The translations under genes were made by a program, and so were the position numbers. DNA of 63,731 nucleotides, the filler included, from Folioceros fuciformis (lineage: Eukaryota), in the NCBI GenBank assembly GCA_049999805.1. It is 6 parts of 6 records of this genome, joined end to end, with 100 filler letters (N's around TTAATTAATTAA, not from the genome) between each part and the next. Parts side by side here need not be neighbours in the genome. Positions count along the whole stretch, not along the records: positions 1 to 21,182 come from JBNGIO010004556.1; 5 more parts are not named here. One strand, given 5' to 3'. Below the pieces are notes generated by a model. It searched no databases, had not been told where the DNA came from, and saw nothing but the letters and a program-made list of their open reading frames with translations. This document shows, piece after piece, positions 1 to 11,777 of the stretch (positions are counted from its first letter, which is position 1; the number at the start of each line of letters is the position of its first letter).

Positions 1-2653
1 ATCCCTCCCCTACCACGTCCTTCAACAAATCCCCTATCCTCATCCCTCCCCTACCTCGTCGCGAGTGATGTGAAAGGAACAGTCCTCATCCCTCCCCCGC
101 TACGTCACGAATAATGTGAAAGGAACAATCGGGTGAAAGGGGGACGTCAAGGTTTCAGAGCTTTTTTTTCTTGGATGATGGAGGATGTCCGTTGTGGGAT
201 TTTTCTTTGAACAACAATCTATTCATCTTGTGCGCCACAGCGGCCATGAATGGTGTGTTAAGAAAGAATTCTGACACCTCCCCTCTGTGTCCTCTGTGGT
301 ATGCCATAGGGGCGTGGTCTTTTTCAAAGGTCCAGATCTTGACTCACGTCTTTGTATAATAATATGCATTGTTCTCCTACAAGGAAGGTGGTGCTTATAG
401 AATACCGATTCGGACATGCCCTAGACACCTATGTTTTTGTTTTCTGGTATACGTATTTTATACGAGAATATACTGCAGAATCTACCACAAATTCCCCTCA
501 TGAACCCGTAATGTTCATTCCCGTAATGAACCACGTCATGCGGACCTACCTGTACACCGTAGAGATACTTTTTTCTTATCACTATAATGGGCATGTGGAT
601 CGATATCGACACGTATTATGTTTTTTATTTGGGTTCATGCACCCTTGTCATAAAAAATCAGGATGCTACACAGTGTTTTAAGATACACTACACACATATG
701 AAAGATGTTGGGGGTTCGCGTGGATTAGGGTTTCGTAGTGTTTTCATAGATGCACTATTGACACCGCCGTGAGGGGTCGTTTATAGTTTTGGGTTTAGGT
801 CTAGTCCACGACGTGCACACCGACACACTTACAACAGCAACACGGTTCCTTTATACAGCTACCTCATTCAATCCAGTGTACATCCACCAGAAAAATTGGA
901 TCCTGCATTCATAAGGAACCAGCCTCATATGGTCTTTCTTGCGAAACTGCCAACACAAACCTTCTACTTCAGGTGCTTCTCAAAATCCACTTCATGCATG
1001 GAAAAAGCTCTCACGAGTTTCGGGATGTTCAAGGATTTTAGGCCTCTACCATCCCCTTTGAACAATCATTTTCAAGCCTACATCTCCATCATACTACATC
1101 TTGAGGTTGCTCCAACAGTTCTACTGGAAATAAGAGCTTAAGAATTGCAGGTAAAAGAAGCCACAACAACAATTACAACTGCTCTTACAGTGTTCAAAAA
1201 CATAAAGTTCATTAAGATGGACCACAAAGGCAAGAAGGCAACCTACAGCACATTCCACAAAACATCTACAGACTACCAGTGCTGCTGCTACAAGATTAGT
1301 CTACCAACAGTAGATTCAAGAAAAACTTCAGAGGTTCACCATCTCTACAGCACCAAGGCTAGTGCCTCTAACCTGCCTGCACCTCCAACCCTGCACGCCA
1401 CATGCATCCCGAAACCTCGCGATCCCTAGCACGATCTAGATCTAGGCAGCCTCCACATTTGTTGCACAGTCACGTATGTTTGCCCTCAGCTTGCGCAAAT
1501 TACTTTCCAGCGACTCCACCAAGCCTAGGCTATTGTGCAAAGCATGCACAGCATCCACTAGGGTGTCCGCGGCATTGCCTCCATTGCTGCCTTCTTTTGT
1601 TGCGCGTTGCCTTTGTCTGCCACGGGCAACACCTTGCCGTGGAAGCATAGGAGTGTCATCCTCCTCCTCTCTAGAGGAGCACACCTCACAGTAGGAGAGC
1701 TTGTGCTGCCGCTTCTTCTTCCCTCCTCGTTGGTGGGACGCTAGACCCGGAACTTCAATCCTCATCACCACCCCCCGGTCATCCTGCCCTGCACTATTGC
1801 GTGAAGTCCCCCGGGGACTCCTCCACCAGCTACTGTGTGTCTCGCCTCCACTGCATCGAGCTCCATCTGAAAAACACAACGTTCTTCCCCTCCACAACTA
1901 GGTCTTGTGAGCTTCTGACGTCTGGGACACAAATGTGTCAGAAAGAAAAACATCTGACAGCCACTCAAAAGTTAAGAAAACCCTTAGTACGCGCTACATT
2001 GTCTTTATCGGGACGCCCAAATGGCTGCCGACTACCAATGTGAGCAGGTTTGTGATGCCCAAACATTTGGACTATATATGGAGGGGCAAAACATTCTATC
2101 AAACAACCCTTGACCATATGGGTATTCCATAGGTGCTAGCAATAGTGTCATAACCATTTGTATAGATTCATGGAACCACCCAATCTTGCGTGTAGATTCA
2201 TATAACCTGCAATGCATTGTGTGTGATTATGAGATTATTGTTCCTGTATAGTTGTAGTATGCAAGAGGATGTTGCAGAGCTGGAGCCGCAAATTCTAGTG
2301 TCCTTGCAAGAGCTTATTTTAGATTTGGGCGGGAGTATTAGTTTATGCCCATCGCCACACTCCTCCCAAATACACCTACCTCACTGCCGCCGGCAACACA
2401 CCCTCATCCCATTTCCAACAGTTGGGGTGTTCGGGGGTGTCATGGATGGACTACCACTGCCGGCGGAGGAGGAGGGAAGAAAGCGGTCGAGGCATGAATG
2501 GCAGGAGGTGTTCACTGCGGTCAAAAGATGTGCCTCTCTCCGGGAGATGGATTGCTCGCGCCTTAAAACCGAGGTGGAGGGGCGAGGGGACAAGCTGGAA
2601 GCAATGTTGGGAGGTTTGAAATTGTTTGCCCACTACTCGGCCTTAGAAACATT

Positions 2654-4290
2654 AAATTATAGCCCAATAAAAGCTTGGTAACTAATCTTCCTCAATTCCA
2701 AGCACAATATGTCCAATTTGTCACTCCAAACATTGGTAGAATTGGCGAGCCACCAACTGCAGGTAATGATGTTTCTCTTTCTATATTGTTGGATGTAGTA
2801 TATATTATGCATGTGATATCTCAATTTCGTATATGTTTTAATNNNNNNNNNNNNNNNNNNNNNNNNNNNNNNNNNNNNNNNNNNNNNNNNNNNNNNNNNN
2901 NNNNNNNNNNNNNNNNNNNNNNNNNNNNNNNNNNNNNNNNNNTAGTATATATTATGCATGTGATATCTCAATTTCGTATATGTTTTAATACAGGCAAAAC
3001 GACCTTGCGAGAAAACATGCCTAAATGTCATGCTTCCCTAATATTCACCAATCTTGTATATTTTTATTTGTGTTTAGTCCTTTTGATGAGAAATGAACAT
3101 ATCGTTTAGAGAGTAATAAAATTAGTAGACAATTTAAAAAAGAATTGAGTTATTGGTTAAAATTTATTTTATCTAATGTGTAGTTAAAAAGTTTGAGTGT
3201 GCTATAATTACTCACCTAGATAAATTTGGAAAAGAGAGAGAAGACATTAATAATATACTACAAGACGAATTTTCCAAATCATAAAAAAATGATAATGAAT
3301 ACTTTAATTTTTCTTTGGAAATACAAATAATAAATACATGTTATGAAGATCATGTTATGCACCAATCCTGTGCTGGAAATACTGTTCCTGTGGGATTCTT
3401 GCTATGCTGAAGCAAATGTAGGGTTGAAGGTGAACGAGAATACCAATATCAAGATGATAAACTTAGATGNNNNNNNNNNNNNNNNNNNNNNNNNNNNNNN
3501 NNNNNNNNNNNNNNNNNNNNNNNNNNNNNNNNNNNNNNNNNNNNNNNNNNNNNNNNNNNNNNNNNNNNNCAACCTCCGTTCCAACAGGAAAAGAAGCATT
3601 GATGAAGAGAAAATTATAGCCCAATAAAAGCTTGACAACTTATCTTTCTCAATTCCAAGCACAACATGTTCAATTTGTCACTCCAAACATTGGTAGAATC
3701 AGCGTTCTTGAGCCACCAGCTACAAGTAATGATGTTTCTCTTTCTATATTGTTGGATGTAGTATATATTATGCATGTGATATCTCAATTTCGTATATGTT
3801 TTAATGAAGGCAAAACGATCTTGCAAAAAAACATGCCTAAATCCCATGACTCTGAAGAGAAATGAAAGAGAAGAGACTTGGATGAGAGACTTGTGGACAT
3901 GGAAAATATGGATGAAAGCTAAAGGCATAGTAGTTGAGTCCTCGGAATTGGCTAGTCAAGATGAGTATCGCATCTTACATGACTACCTCTTCCCTAATAT
4001 TCACCAATCTTGTATATTTTTGTTTGTGTTTAGTCTTTTTGATGAAAAATGAATATATTTTTTAGAGAGTAATAAAATTAGTAGACAATTTCAAAAAGCA
4101 TTGAGTTATTGGTTGAAATTTATTTTATCTAATGTATAGTTAAAAAACTTGAGTTTATTATAACTACTTATCTAAATAAATTTAAAAAAGAGAGAAAAAA
4201 AATTAATTATATATTACAAGAAGAATTTTCCAAAGTAAAAAAAATGATAATGAACGCATTACTTTGTCTTTGGAAATAAAATAATAAATA
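2654..4290 (+). repeat. Diverged direct duplication of an AT-rich segment (about 2654-3335 and 3611-4290)
   Basis: Both copies start aattatagcccaataaaagcttg, share long identical stretches (gatgtttctctttctatattgttggatgtagtatatattatgcatgtgatatctc) and end ctttggaaata...aataataaata. Confidence 0.85.
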
Positions 4291-5121
4291 AAGCCTGCCC
4301 GCCTTCAGCACGGGCACTGCTCATTCCTCTTCCCGCAATCCAGAGCGACGGATAAAGGGGTTCCAGCAGCTGATCACGCGCCTGTGCCCAATATGCTAAA
4401 CAACCAGTAATGCTCGCTCCTCTATTACAAGCAAGGGGCCAACGGGCTGAGCTGACTCCATCTTAGTAGATTAAAAATCAAAAGGCTCACGAGCAACCAC
4501 GCTAGGTGACCCTTGTTGTCAGGAAACTCCAGACTACAACCTCCCAGCAGCCTCAATGTCTGCCAGTGGACATGAACGCAGTTCCATCTTCCTCCGGATC
4601 CAGAGTATTGTCGAAATGGAAATGGAGCTCGTGGCCAAGCCCCTGTTGTGCGTACCGCTCACTTTCGTAGACAAGGTGCGACAAACCCCGTGAAGATCTT
4701 CCACTTCAACACATTTTGACTTCCTGTCCTCTGGTCAGTTGCCACCAATACATTATCTAGCTGTACCATCTCTGAGAACGGCTGCCTCCTGCCTTTCAGT
4801 AAGGCACCAAGGCCTTCAGAAGGCAAGCAAAACTACCATGGTCGGCTACAACCACATGTTTGACACGAACAGATAAAAGATTGCCACATAGTTTGGGAAC
4901 TCCCTTGCATGACTCCCTGATTTACTACCATAATCAGGGTACTTGATCTTGAGAGCTTCAAAGGGCAAAAGCTGTCTGCGGAAGGTCATTCTGCTCATGA
5001 TCGGCAGCAAACATACTGGGGTAATGGTCATGACCAGCAGCAAATAAATTCGACCATCAACGAAACAAAATATTCCCGAGCGTATGCAATCGAACACCAT
5101 GTTCACGTCTCTTATTCACTT

Positions 5122-8031
5122 TTACGGTCGACCCTCACAGCTGCACCAACCAGCTGTGAATCGATGCACACGGTACCCATCCCTTACAACAATGTCCCTC
5201 TTTTCAACCCTTGACATGATCTCCGTGGAACTGTGGCAGTCACTGCACATGCGCAGATTCTTTGTTACCACCAAAGGTGTGTCATTCGGAGTGTTCAAGA
5301 GACCAAACGCCAGGGCCAGCTTCTCAGCATGCCCGCAAAGCATGTCTTCCTTGTCCTTCTCAGACAGCGGCTTCAACACCAAATTTGTCTCTGGTACATG
5401 CCCGCCTTCCTGCTTCAGGCGTGCATTCGTGCTCGCTACCTTGGGCACAAGGTCATCTCTCCTTTCTCCCACCACAAACGTATGTACCTCCTTTTTCACC
5501 TCAATGCCCGCCACTGCAGGTTTTTTGCTAGCTCCTGCAACTATTCTCTGTCTTTCAATCCTATCTGCATCCGTCCACCTCCCTACGTCTGCGTAGGCAT
5601 TGGCCATGAGCACATATGCGGATGCACTGTGAGGCACCAGTTTAACAAGACTCCCAAAACACCGTGTCGCCCTCGCAATATCCCCGTGACTTTTGCAGGC
5701 GTTCAGCAAAGACGTCAAGCCCACAACATTACTTTGGCCCTCACATGATAATAGCATCTTCTCTGCCTCATCTAACTCGCCCGCGCGCCCAAGAAGGTCA
5801 ATCATGCAACTGTAATGCTCAATAGTAGGTTTGATGCCATGCTTTTCAGCCATGGATTCAAAGTGATTGCGACCCTCCTGCACCAGCCCCTGATGGCTGC
5901 AAGCCGTTAAAAGGCAAGTAAAAGTAGCATCATCAGGCCGAATACCGGCAACTAACATCTCCTCAAAGCAAGTTAGCGCGTTGTGACCTTCATCACAAGT
6001 ACCATATCCAGATATCATACTCGTCCATGTCACCACATCCTTTGTGGCCATACTGTAGAAAACCTGGCGTGCATCTTCCAGTTTACCGCATTTTGCATAC
6101 ATGTCCAGCAGGCAGTTTCCCACCATTACATCATCTAGCAGGTCTCTTTCCACAATCTGAGAGTGCAGCTCCCTACCCTTTTGTAAGGCACCAGCGGTTG
6201 CACAGGCCCTCAGAAGGCAAGCAAACGTAACACGATTACCCAGAACCAGGCCCTCCTGCTCCATCTGTCCATGCAGAACGAGCGCTTCGCGGCAAAGCCC
6301 GTGATTTGTGTAACCAGCTATGAGGGCAGTCCAAGTCACCACATTCTTGGTGGCCAAGCTGTCAAAAACCATGCGTGCCTCTTGCAGTTCGCCACATTTT
6401 GCATACATGTCGACTAGGGAGTTGCCCACCACTATATCGGATTCTAACAGCCCTCGTTCCACAATCTGTGAGTGCAGCTGCCTGCCCTTTTGTACATCAT
6501 CATTGCTAGCACAGGCCTTCAGAAGGCAAGCAAAAGTGACATGATCAGCGAGAACCAGGCCCCCTTGCTCCATTGTTCTATACAGAAGAAATGCCTCTTG
6601 ACTCAGCCCGTGATTTACATACCCAGCTACGAGCGAGTTCCATGTCACAACATCCTTCGTGGCCAAGCTGTCAAAAACCCTGCGTGCATCTTCCAGTTCA
6701 CCACATTTTGCATACATGTCGATCAGACAGTTCCCCACGAGAATCTTATCCAGCAGTCCTCTTTCCACAATCTGTGAGTGCAGCTGCCTGCCTGTCTGTA
6801 CGGCACCTGTGCATGCACAAGCCTTCAGAAGACTTGCAAATGTCACCTGGTCAGCCACAATCAGGCCCTCCTGCTCTATCTGTCCATACAGATCAAGCGC
6901 CTCCTGACCGAGCCCTTGCTGTGCATACCCAGAAATCAGGGCATTCCATGTCACCACATCCTTGGACGCCAAGCTGTCAAAAACCCGCCGTGCATCTTCT
7001 AGTTCACCACATTTTGCGTACATGTCCACGAGGCAGGTGCCGACAAAAAAGTTAAGAGCAACGCCACTGCGCAACACATCACTATGCACTTCTCTGCCAG
7101 ATTCCAAGTCGGCGGCAAATGCACATGCTTGAAGAGCAGCTGCAAAGACGTGACCATCCGCCTTCACATCCGAGCTCCGCATCTCACGATACAGCTGTAT
7201 GGCCTTCTTCGGTTTCCCACGTTTAGCATGTGCAGAGATAATGGAAAACCACATGAAGGCATCCGGTTTGCCAACCCTGGTGAACACACCCATGGCCTCC
7301 TGTAGCCTACCTCCTTGGGCATACATGCGCAAGATATGGTTCCCCAAGTATGCATTCGACTCGTACCCAAATCTGACAGTGAGATTATGAACTCGTCGCC
7401 CCACAACCAAATCATTCTTCGCTGTACACAGTTTGAGCACAGTGTACAACAAAGCTGGAGAAATGGGACAGCCTATCTGCGCCATAGACTCCAATGCTCC
7501 AACGGCCTCAACCAGCTTCCCCTGATTACACAGCGTGCTCACAGCTCCAGGAGTCACGACGTCCATTTCCGACCCTGCATGCCTGCCAAGCTCAGGCCTT
7601 CCCGTAGGACTCGACTGGGAAGGAGCCACACTGTGACCCATCTTCGTATCCAGAGAACCGAGCTGTTCATCCACCCAAGCTGGCTTCAATATATTGTTTA
7701 ACCACAGGACCTCTCCCCCAGAGGAGCCCTTACGACGCAAGTCAGGCGCACGGGAGCTCTTCTTATCTCGTCTATTGTCCCGCCACATCGTCGGGTACGG
7801 AAACAAATTTTGCCGCAGGAGTTCCTGTTCCTGGTGACGACCGTCGCTGGAAAATCGTCTCCTCAGACCTGGAAGTGCTGGGGTCCTTCCACAGCTGCAT
7901 CTGGAGGCTTGGTTGATCCCCAGCGGTTCACTCCTTACGCAAATGTGTTGAGCGGGAGATCCTCCAAAAATCCATGTGCACTCCCCAACTTGTTGAATCC
8001 ACACTGGACCCGGTTGCCACGATTTGGCCAT
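5122..8031 (-). CDS. PLS-class PPR protein with E1/E2 and DYW:KP (GRP-type) deaminase-like domain plus one N-terminal OSB-type PDF motif; candidate organellar U-to-C RNA editing factor (969 aa, intronless)
   Basis: Repeated P-L-S motifs (VVTWNALISGYAQQG..., LVDMYAKCGELEDARRVFD). P2-L2-S2 block (HYSCMIDLLGRAGELDEA). C-terminal domain starts KKPAVAGIEV, contains HAEKLALAFGL and CSDCH, and ends CSCEGRP. RRRFSS near residue 60 resembles a mitochondrial presequence cleavage motif. Confidence 0.95.
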   Translation of the reverse strand: MAKSWQPGPVWIQQVGECTWIFGGSPAQHICVRSEPLGINQASRCSCGRTPALPGLRRRFSSDGRHQEQELLRQNLFPYPTMWRDNRRDKKSSRAPDLRRKGSSGGEVLWLNNILKPAWVDEQLGSLDTKMGHSVAPSQSSPTGRPELGRHAGSEMDVVTPGAVSTLCNQGKLVEAVGALESMAQIGCPISPALLYTVLKLCTAKNDLVVGRRVHNLTVRFGYESNAYLGNHILRMYAQGGRLQEAMGVFTRVGKPDAFMWFSIISAHAKRGKPKKAIQLYREMRSSDVKADGHVFAAALQACAFAADLESGREVHSDVLRSGVALNFFVGTCLVDMYAKCGELEDARRVFDSLASKDVVTWNALISGYAQQGLGQEALDLYGQIEQEGLIVADQVTFASLLKACACTGAVQTGRQLHSQIVERGLLDKILVGNCLIDMYAKCGELEDARRVFDSLATKDVVTWNSLVAGYVNHGLSQEAFLLYRTMEQGGLVLADHVTFACLLKACASNDDVQKGRQLHSQIVERGLLESDIVVGNSLVDMYAKCGELQEARMVFDSLATKNVVTWTALIAGYTNHGLCREALVLHGQMEQEGLVLGNRVTFACLLRACATAGALQKGRELHSQIVERDLLDDVMVGNCLLDMYAKCGKLEDARQVFYSMATKDVVTWTSMISGYGTCDEGHNALTCFEEMLVAGIRPDDATFTCLLTACSHQGLVQEGRNHFESMAEKHGIKPTIEHYSCMIDLLGRAGELDEAEKMLLSCEGQSNVVGLTSLLNACKSHGDIARATRCFGSLVKLVPHSASAYVLMANAYADVGRWTDADRIERQRIVAGASKKPAVAGIEVKKEVHTFVVGERRDDLVPKVASTNARLKQEGGHVPETNLVLKPLSEKDKEDMLCGHAEKLALAFGLLNTPNDTPLVVTKNLRMCSDCHSSTEIMSRVEKRDIVVRDGYRVHRFTAGWCSCEGRP

Positions 8032-8865
8032 GTTCCAGGCACCACCCTCTGTCGATTAGGCCTACGACCCTCCTCACGCCGTGGCAGACTGTTCTCAGAC
8101 CGACTGAATTGCCTTATGCAGGATCTCTGGAGGGTAAGAATACCTCATGGCAACAAGAAATTTTTTTCCTCTTCCACCACCAGTGGATTTCAAACTAAAG
8201 TGCGGGAGCTCCTGTGTGCTATTCCCGCAAAACATGAAAACATGGTTTCGATCCGGGTACCTCGCGCAGCGGAAGCGCGCTCTAGCAAATGGGCTACACC
8301 CTCTTAAAAACCCTTCTCAGGAATTTAGTAGTTAAATAATGAGAAATAAATCGACATCACCTGTCTTTAACGTGCTGCGTTAAACGTGAGATCCGCGCCC
8401 TCTAACCTCGAATAGGGAAATAGTGCTGCTGCAGCAACAGCAAGCATGAAATGACGCCTTCTGTACCGTGTGACAGATGGGTTCGAACGAGGCGGACAGA
8501 TGAGAGACGAGCGATCGTCCGGGAGAAACTTAGATTGAGTGTGAGCTCCAACAAAAAATAATGGCTGGCAGTCCCCTCCTTTGCACATTGTGAACCCAAA
8601 GCAGGTACTGGAACGAGGTACTGCGCTTTGCCCTCAGAGCACGCTGGGAAACGCGGGCAGAAATCCACTGGTCCCTAAAACCTGTTAGGCCAAAGAGTAC
8701 ATACATTCGATGGCGTCACTATCTTATTCCAACGAAAAGAGGCTTCCAACATTCCCAGCCACCACGAACCTCTCTTTGTACCACCAGTGCTTCTGGACCA
8801 CATGGAGCTTTGTAGTCAGGCCGTAGCGAGCTCCAATTGTGGGAGGGGGAAAGGTCAACCACCTT

Positions 8866-11777
8866 CTAGAACTTACGCTGCCAGGAACACATAAAAGGTA
8901 AAGGTACTGCTACAGTCAATCAAACACAAATCAAACCACACCAGCCACCATCCCCAATGAACCACAGCCATAGGAACACATCGCGAGAGCTAGCAGGGCA
9001 GCAGTCTTGTGAGACGTACAGGTTTCCTGTTTGCTCTCAAGTCTTCATAGCCCGGAACTGGAATCTGCCACGAGCGACCTGCAGATGAAGATGTCATCAG
9101 TATACATTGTGCACACTACTAATGGCTATTACCAACTTACTTGCAATGACACTTCTGTGACACTCCAGTATTCTATATTACTTAGCGGCAATAGGACATC
9201 GTCTACGTCCACGAGGCTACTCTTCCGGTGTTTCGTCATGTCGCAGCTAGAGCGAGATACCTGCCAAAATAAACTAATTGGACAATCAGACAAAGGAGTA
9301 AACCATGACACCAAGACAAAATGAACAGCATACACCATTTCCAACCCAGGTTTCTCATCTTCTTCTGCTTCAAGCTGGTTCAAGCAAACCCGACAGTTGC
9401 CCCAGACGTTACAACTTCACATCCTACCGTGTCAATAAAGTGATCTACAAATTCCAGTAGGACATCTTCTGCATCCGGATCCAATTGCTCCGATGGATCA
9501 ATCTACAAAAACACAACGATCGCATCACACGTGTGCACTTTGCAACGTGCTGTAGCTTAGTGAGGAGCAGAAATGAAAGCACAAGGAAAGCAAACTCACT
9601 TCTGCAAGCAGCTGCTGTACTCGCCGCTTGCCAAGAGTCCGTCGCTCGGCAACAGAGGGTTGCCCACCCAAGGGCGTGCCAGGTTGGACAGCAGGTGCAG
9701 CAATCGCCGAGGGCTGCAAACGAGGCTGCTGAGGTAAGTGCTGTGAAACTAAGGGGCGATATGACCCATATCCTTGTGCAGATGGCGGCTGGGTATGTGG
9801 GGGCAGATGGGAAGATGGGGCCTGAAGTTGCGATTGCGAATGGGCTTCTGACATCGTAGCTGTCTGGGATAGAGGCTGCTGGGATGGAGGTGCCAGATGA
9901 GTCATAGACACCCCTTGTTGCGGCTGAGAAGGAGGGAGTGACTGAAACTGTCCTTGAGGAAGTCCCTGTGACACTGGCGAGCTCCCAAACCCATGGTTTG
10001 AGGTTAGATACTGCTGGTGCAGTGCAACGTGGTGTTGCTGGTGTTGCACAGACTGTTGCCCCCCTGTGGCCCTTTGCATCCCATACTGTGCTTGATACGA
10101 CGGTGAAGGGATACCCTGCTGCTTTGAAACCCATTGCTGTTGCTGCATGCTCTGCTGAACGAGGTTACTTGTCATGCTGAACTGCTGCATTGAAGAAGAC
10201 AACGCCTGCACTCACAAGAAAAGTCCCTCAACAGTCAGTGTAAGAGAGTGTTTCATGAACCTTCTAGAAGGTCGAAATAAAAAAGGCATACCGAAGACAT
10301 GGCAGACTGCTGCTGCTGCTGCTGAAACTTCGGTCCCGAGTGCATAATCCGCTGCTGCGGTTGCTGGACAATATTTCCGGCTGGCCTAGAAGGCTGGGGG
10401 CCAGAAAGCGAAGCTCCCATGGGTTGCATTCCCTGATAGGTAGATCCCCCGGACTGCATCTGCGGTGGGATGCCTGAGGACTTCATCCGCACCTGCATGG
10501 CTACCCACCAGGCATCACGTAAGAATGCAGAAGGCAGGTCCTAGAGATTGTTGTGTGGGTCTGGAACGTGAGGTGGAGCAGGAATACCAAACTCTCTCTA
10601 ACCCCTCAACATGGATTCTGTCATGAGGACGTGCTGAATCAAGACGTTCCCAGGGCACCCTACGGGGTATTCCGGCAAGCAAATGTACCGCACATGCATA
10701 AGTCTTGCTTGTCAAAAGCCTAGGATTGTTCTATCCAAGGTGAAGACAACGGACACACCTGAAGATTTGCCTGCTGCGCTGCACTAGGCTGCTGAGGCTG
10801 CATGCCAGGCATTTGCTGCTGTGCACTCGGCATGGACATCATTGGCGGGGATTGCCCAACACCTTGACCCGATACTACGGGCAAGCCTGCGGTTGTGAGC
10901 AAAGATTGAACCCCATATCGCTGTTACATTATGGTAAGGAATAACAGCCTTGTTGCGGGCTGACTGATGTTCACTGAAAGAATGGACACCTACTGAAGTT
11001 GCGTAGTATGTACTCTGACCTTGTTGAAGGCTGCTTTGCGAGCCCCTTAGCTGAGCAGTGACAAGCCCCTGTTGCTGCATGCTAACCTGTGAACCTCTGG
11101 GCCCTACATCCTGAGACTGTTGGCCGGGATGCATCTGTGGGCTGGACACCAGTCCTCCCCCCGAGGGGGAAGAACCTAATTGGTACAATCCTGACACAGG
11201 ACGAGAAAAGGACAAAGCACTAAGTGGAGCAGGAATGAGATCGTGAAGCCACAAAACAAGCAAGGAAGCTCTCATCGAACTGATTTGTACGGATACCAAT
11301 ACTACACAAGCTGCAATTTTGATAAGTACTTCCCACAACGACATGACAGAAGGGGAAACCTGAAGGGTTATAGCTCGATGTGGCCATCTGCGCCAGCCGT
11401 TGCCCGGATGCCGTGCGGGTTAGCCCATGTAACGCCTGAGGTCCGCTCAAATGCATTCCCTGCTGTTGAGATGCTGCCATGGGCGACCCCTGTCCGGAGT
11501 GCAGGAATCGGGAATTCGGGTGCAGCTGGGGCCTGAGTGTGGGAATTCCATGCTGCGACTGTTGCTCAAGCAGCGCCTGGGCCTGGGCCTGCTTCTGCTG
11601 GTGCTGCTGCAGATGACTCTGGCTTCCATTGTGAGCTAGTAACACACCGGCCGATGACAAATTGCTTTCGTCCAAATTGGATTCTTGTTGCGTGCCATCT
11701 CCAGGGTCTTGTGGCAGATTTTGTACTTGCCCAACATTGGAATTTGGCTGACCACCAGGCTGCAGCTGTTGCTGCAT
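8866..11777 (-). CDS. TAF12: TAF12-like transcription initiation factor (TFIID/SAGA subunit 12) with long Q-rich N-terminus; multi-exon, last exon tentative
   Basis: Spliced histone fold reconstructed across GT-AG introns: RTLGKRRVQQLLAE (ends 9600) / IDPSEQLDPDAEDVLLEFVDHFIDT (9502-9428) / VSRSSCDMTKHRKSSLVDVDDVLLPL / SRSWQIPVPGYEDLRANRKP. This matches the TAF12 pattern ID..E.LD..VED.L..IA.DF..S....C.LAKHRKS.TLE..D.L.L.R.W.I..PGF. Upstream exons are Gln/Ser/Pro-rich. Confidence 0.8.

Noticed and set aside
1-2650. Short repeats at 1-130 (catccctcccc...cgtc) and ORFs up to 154 aa
   Set aside because: Probably transposon relics, but no recognisable domain or element boundary supports a call.
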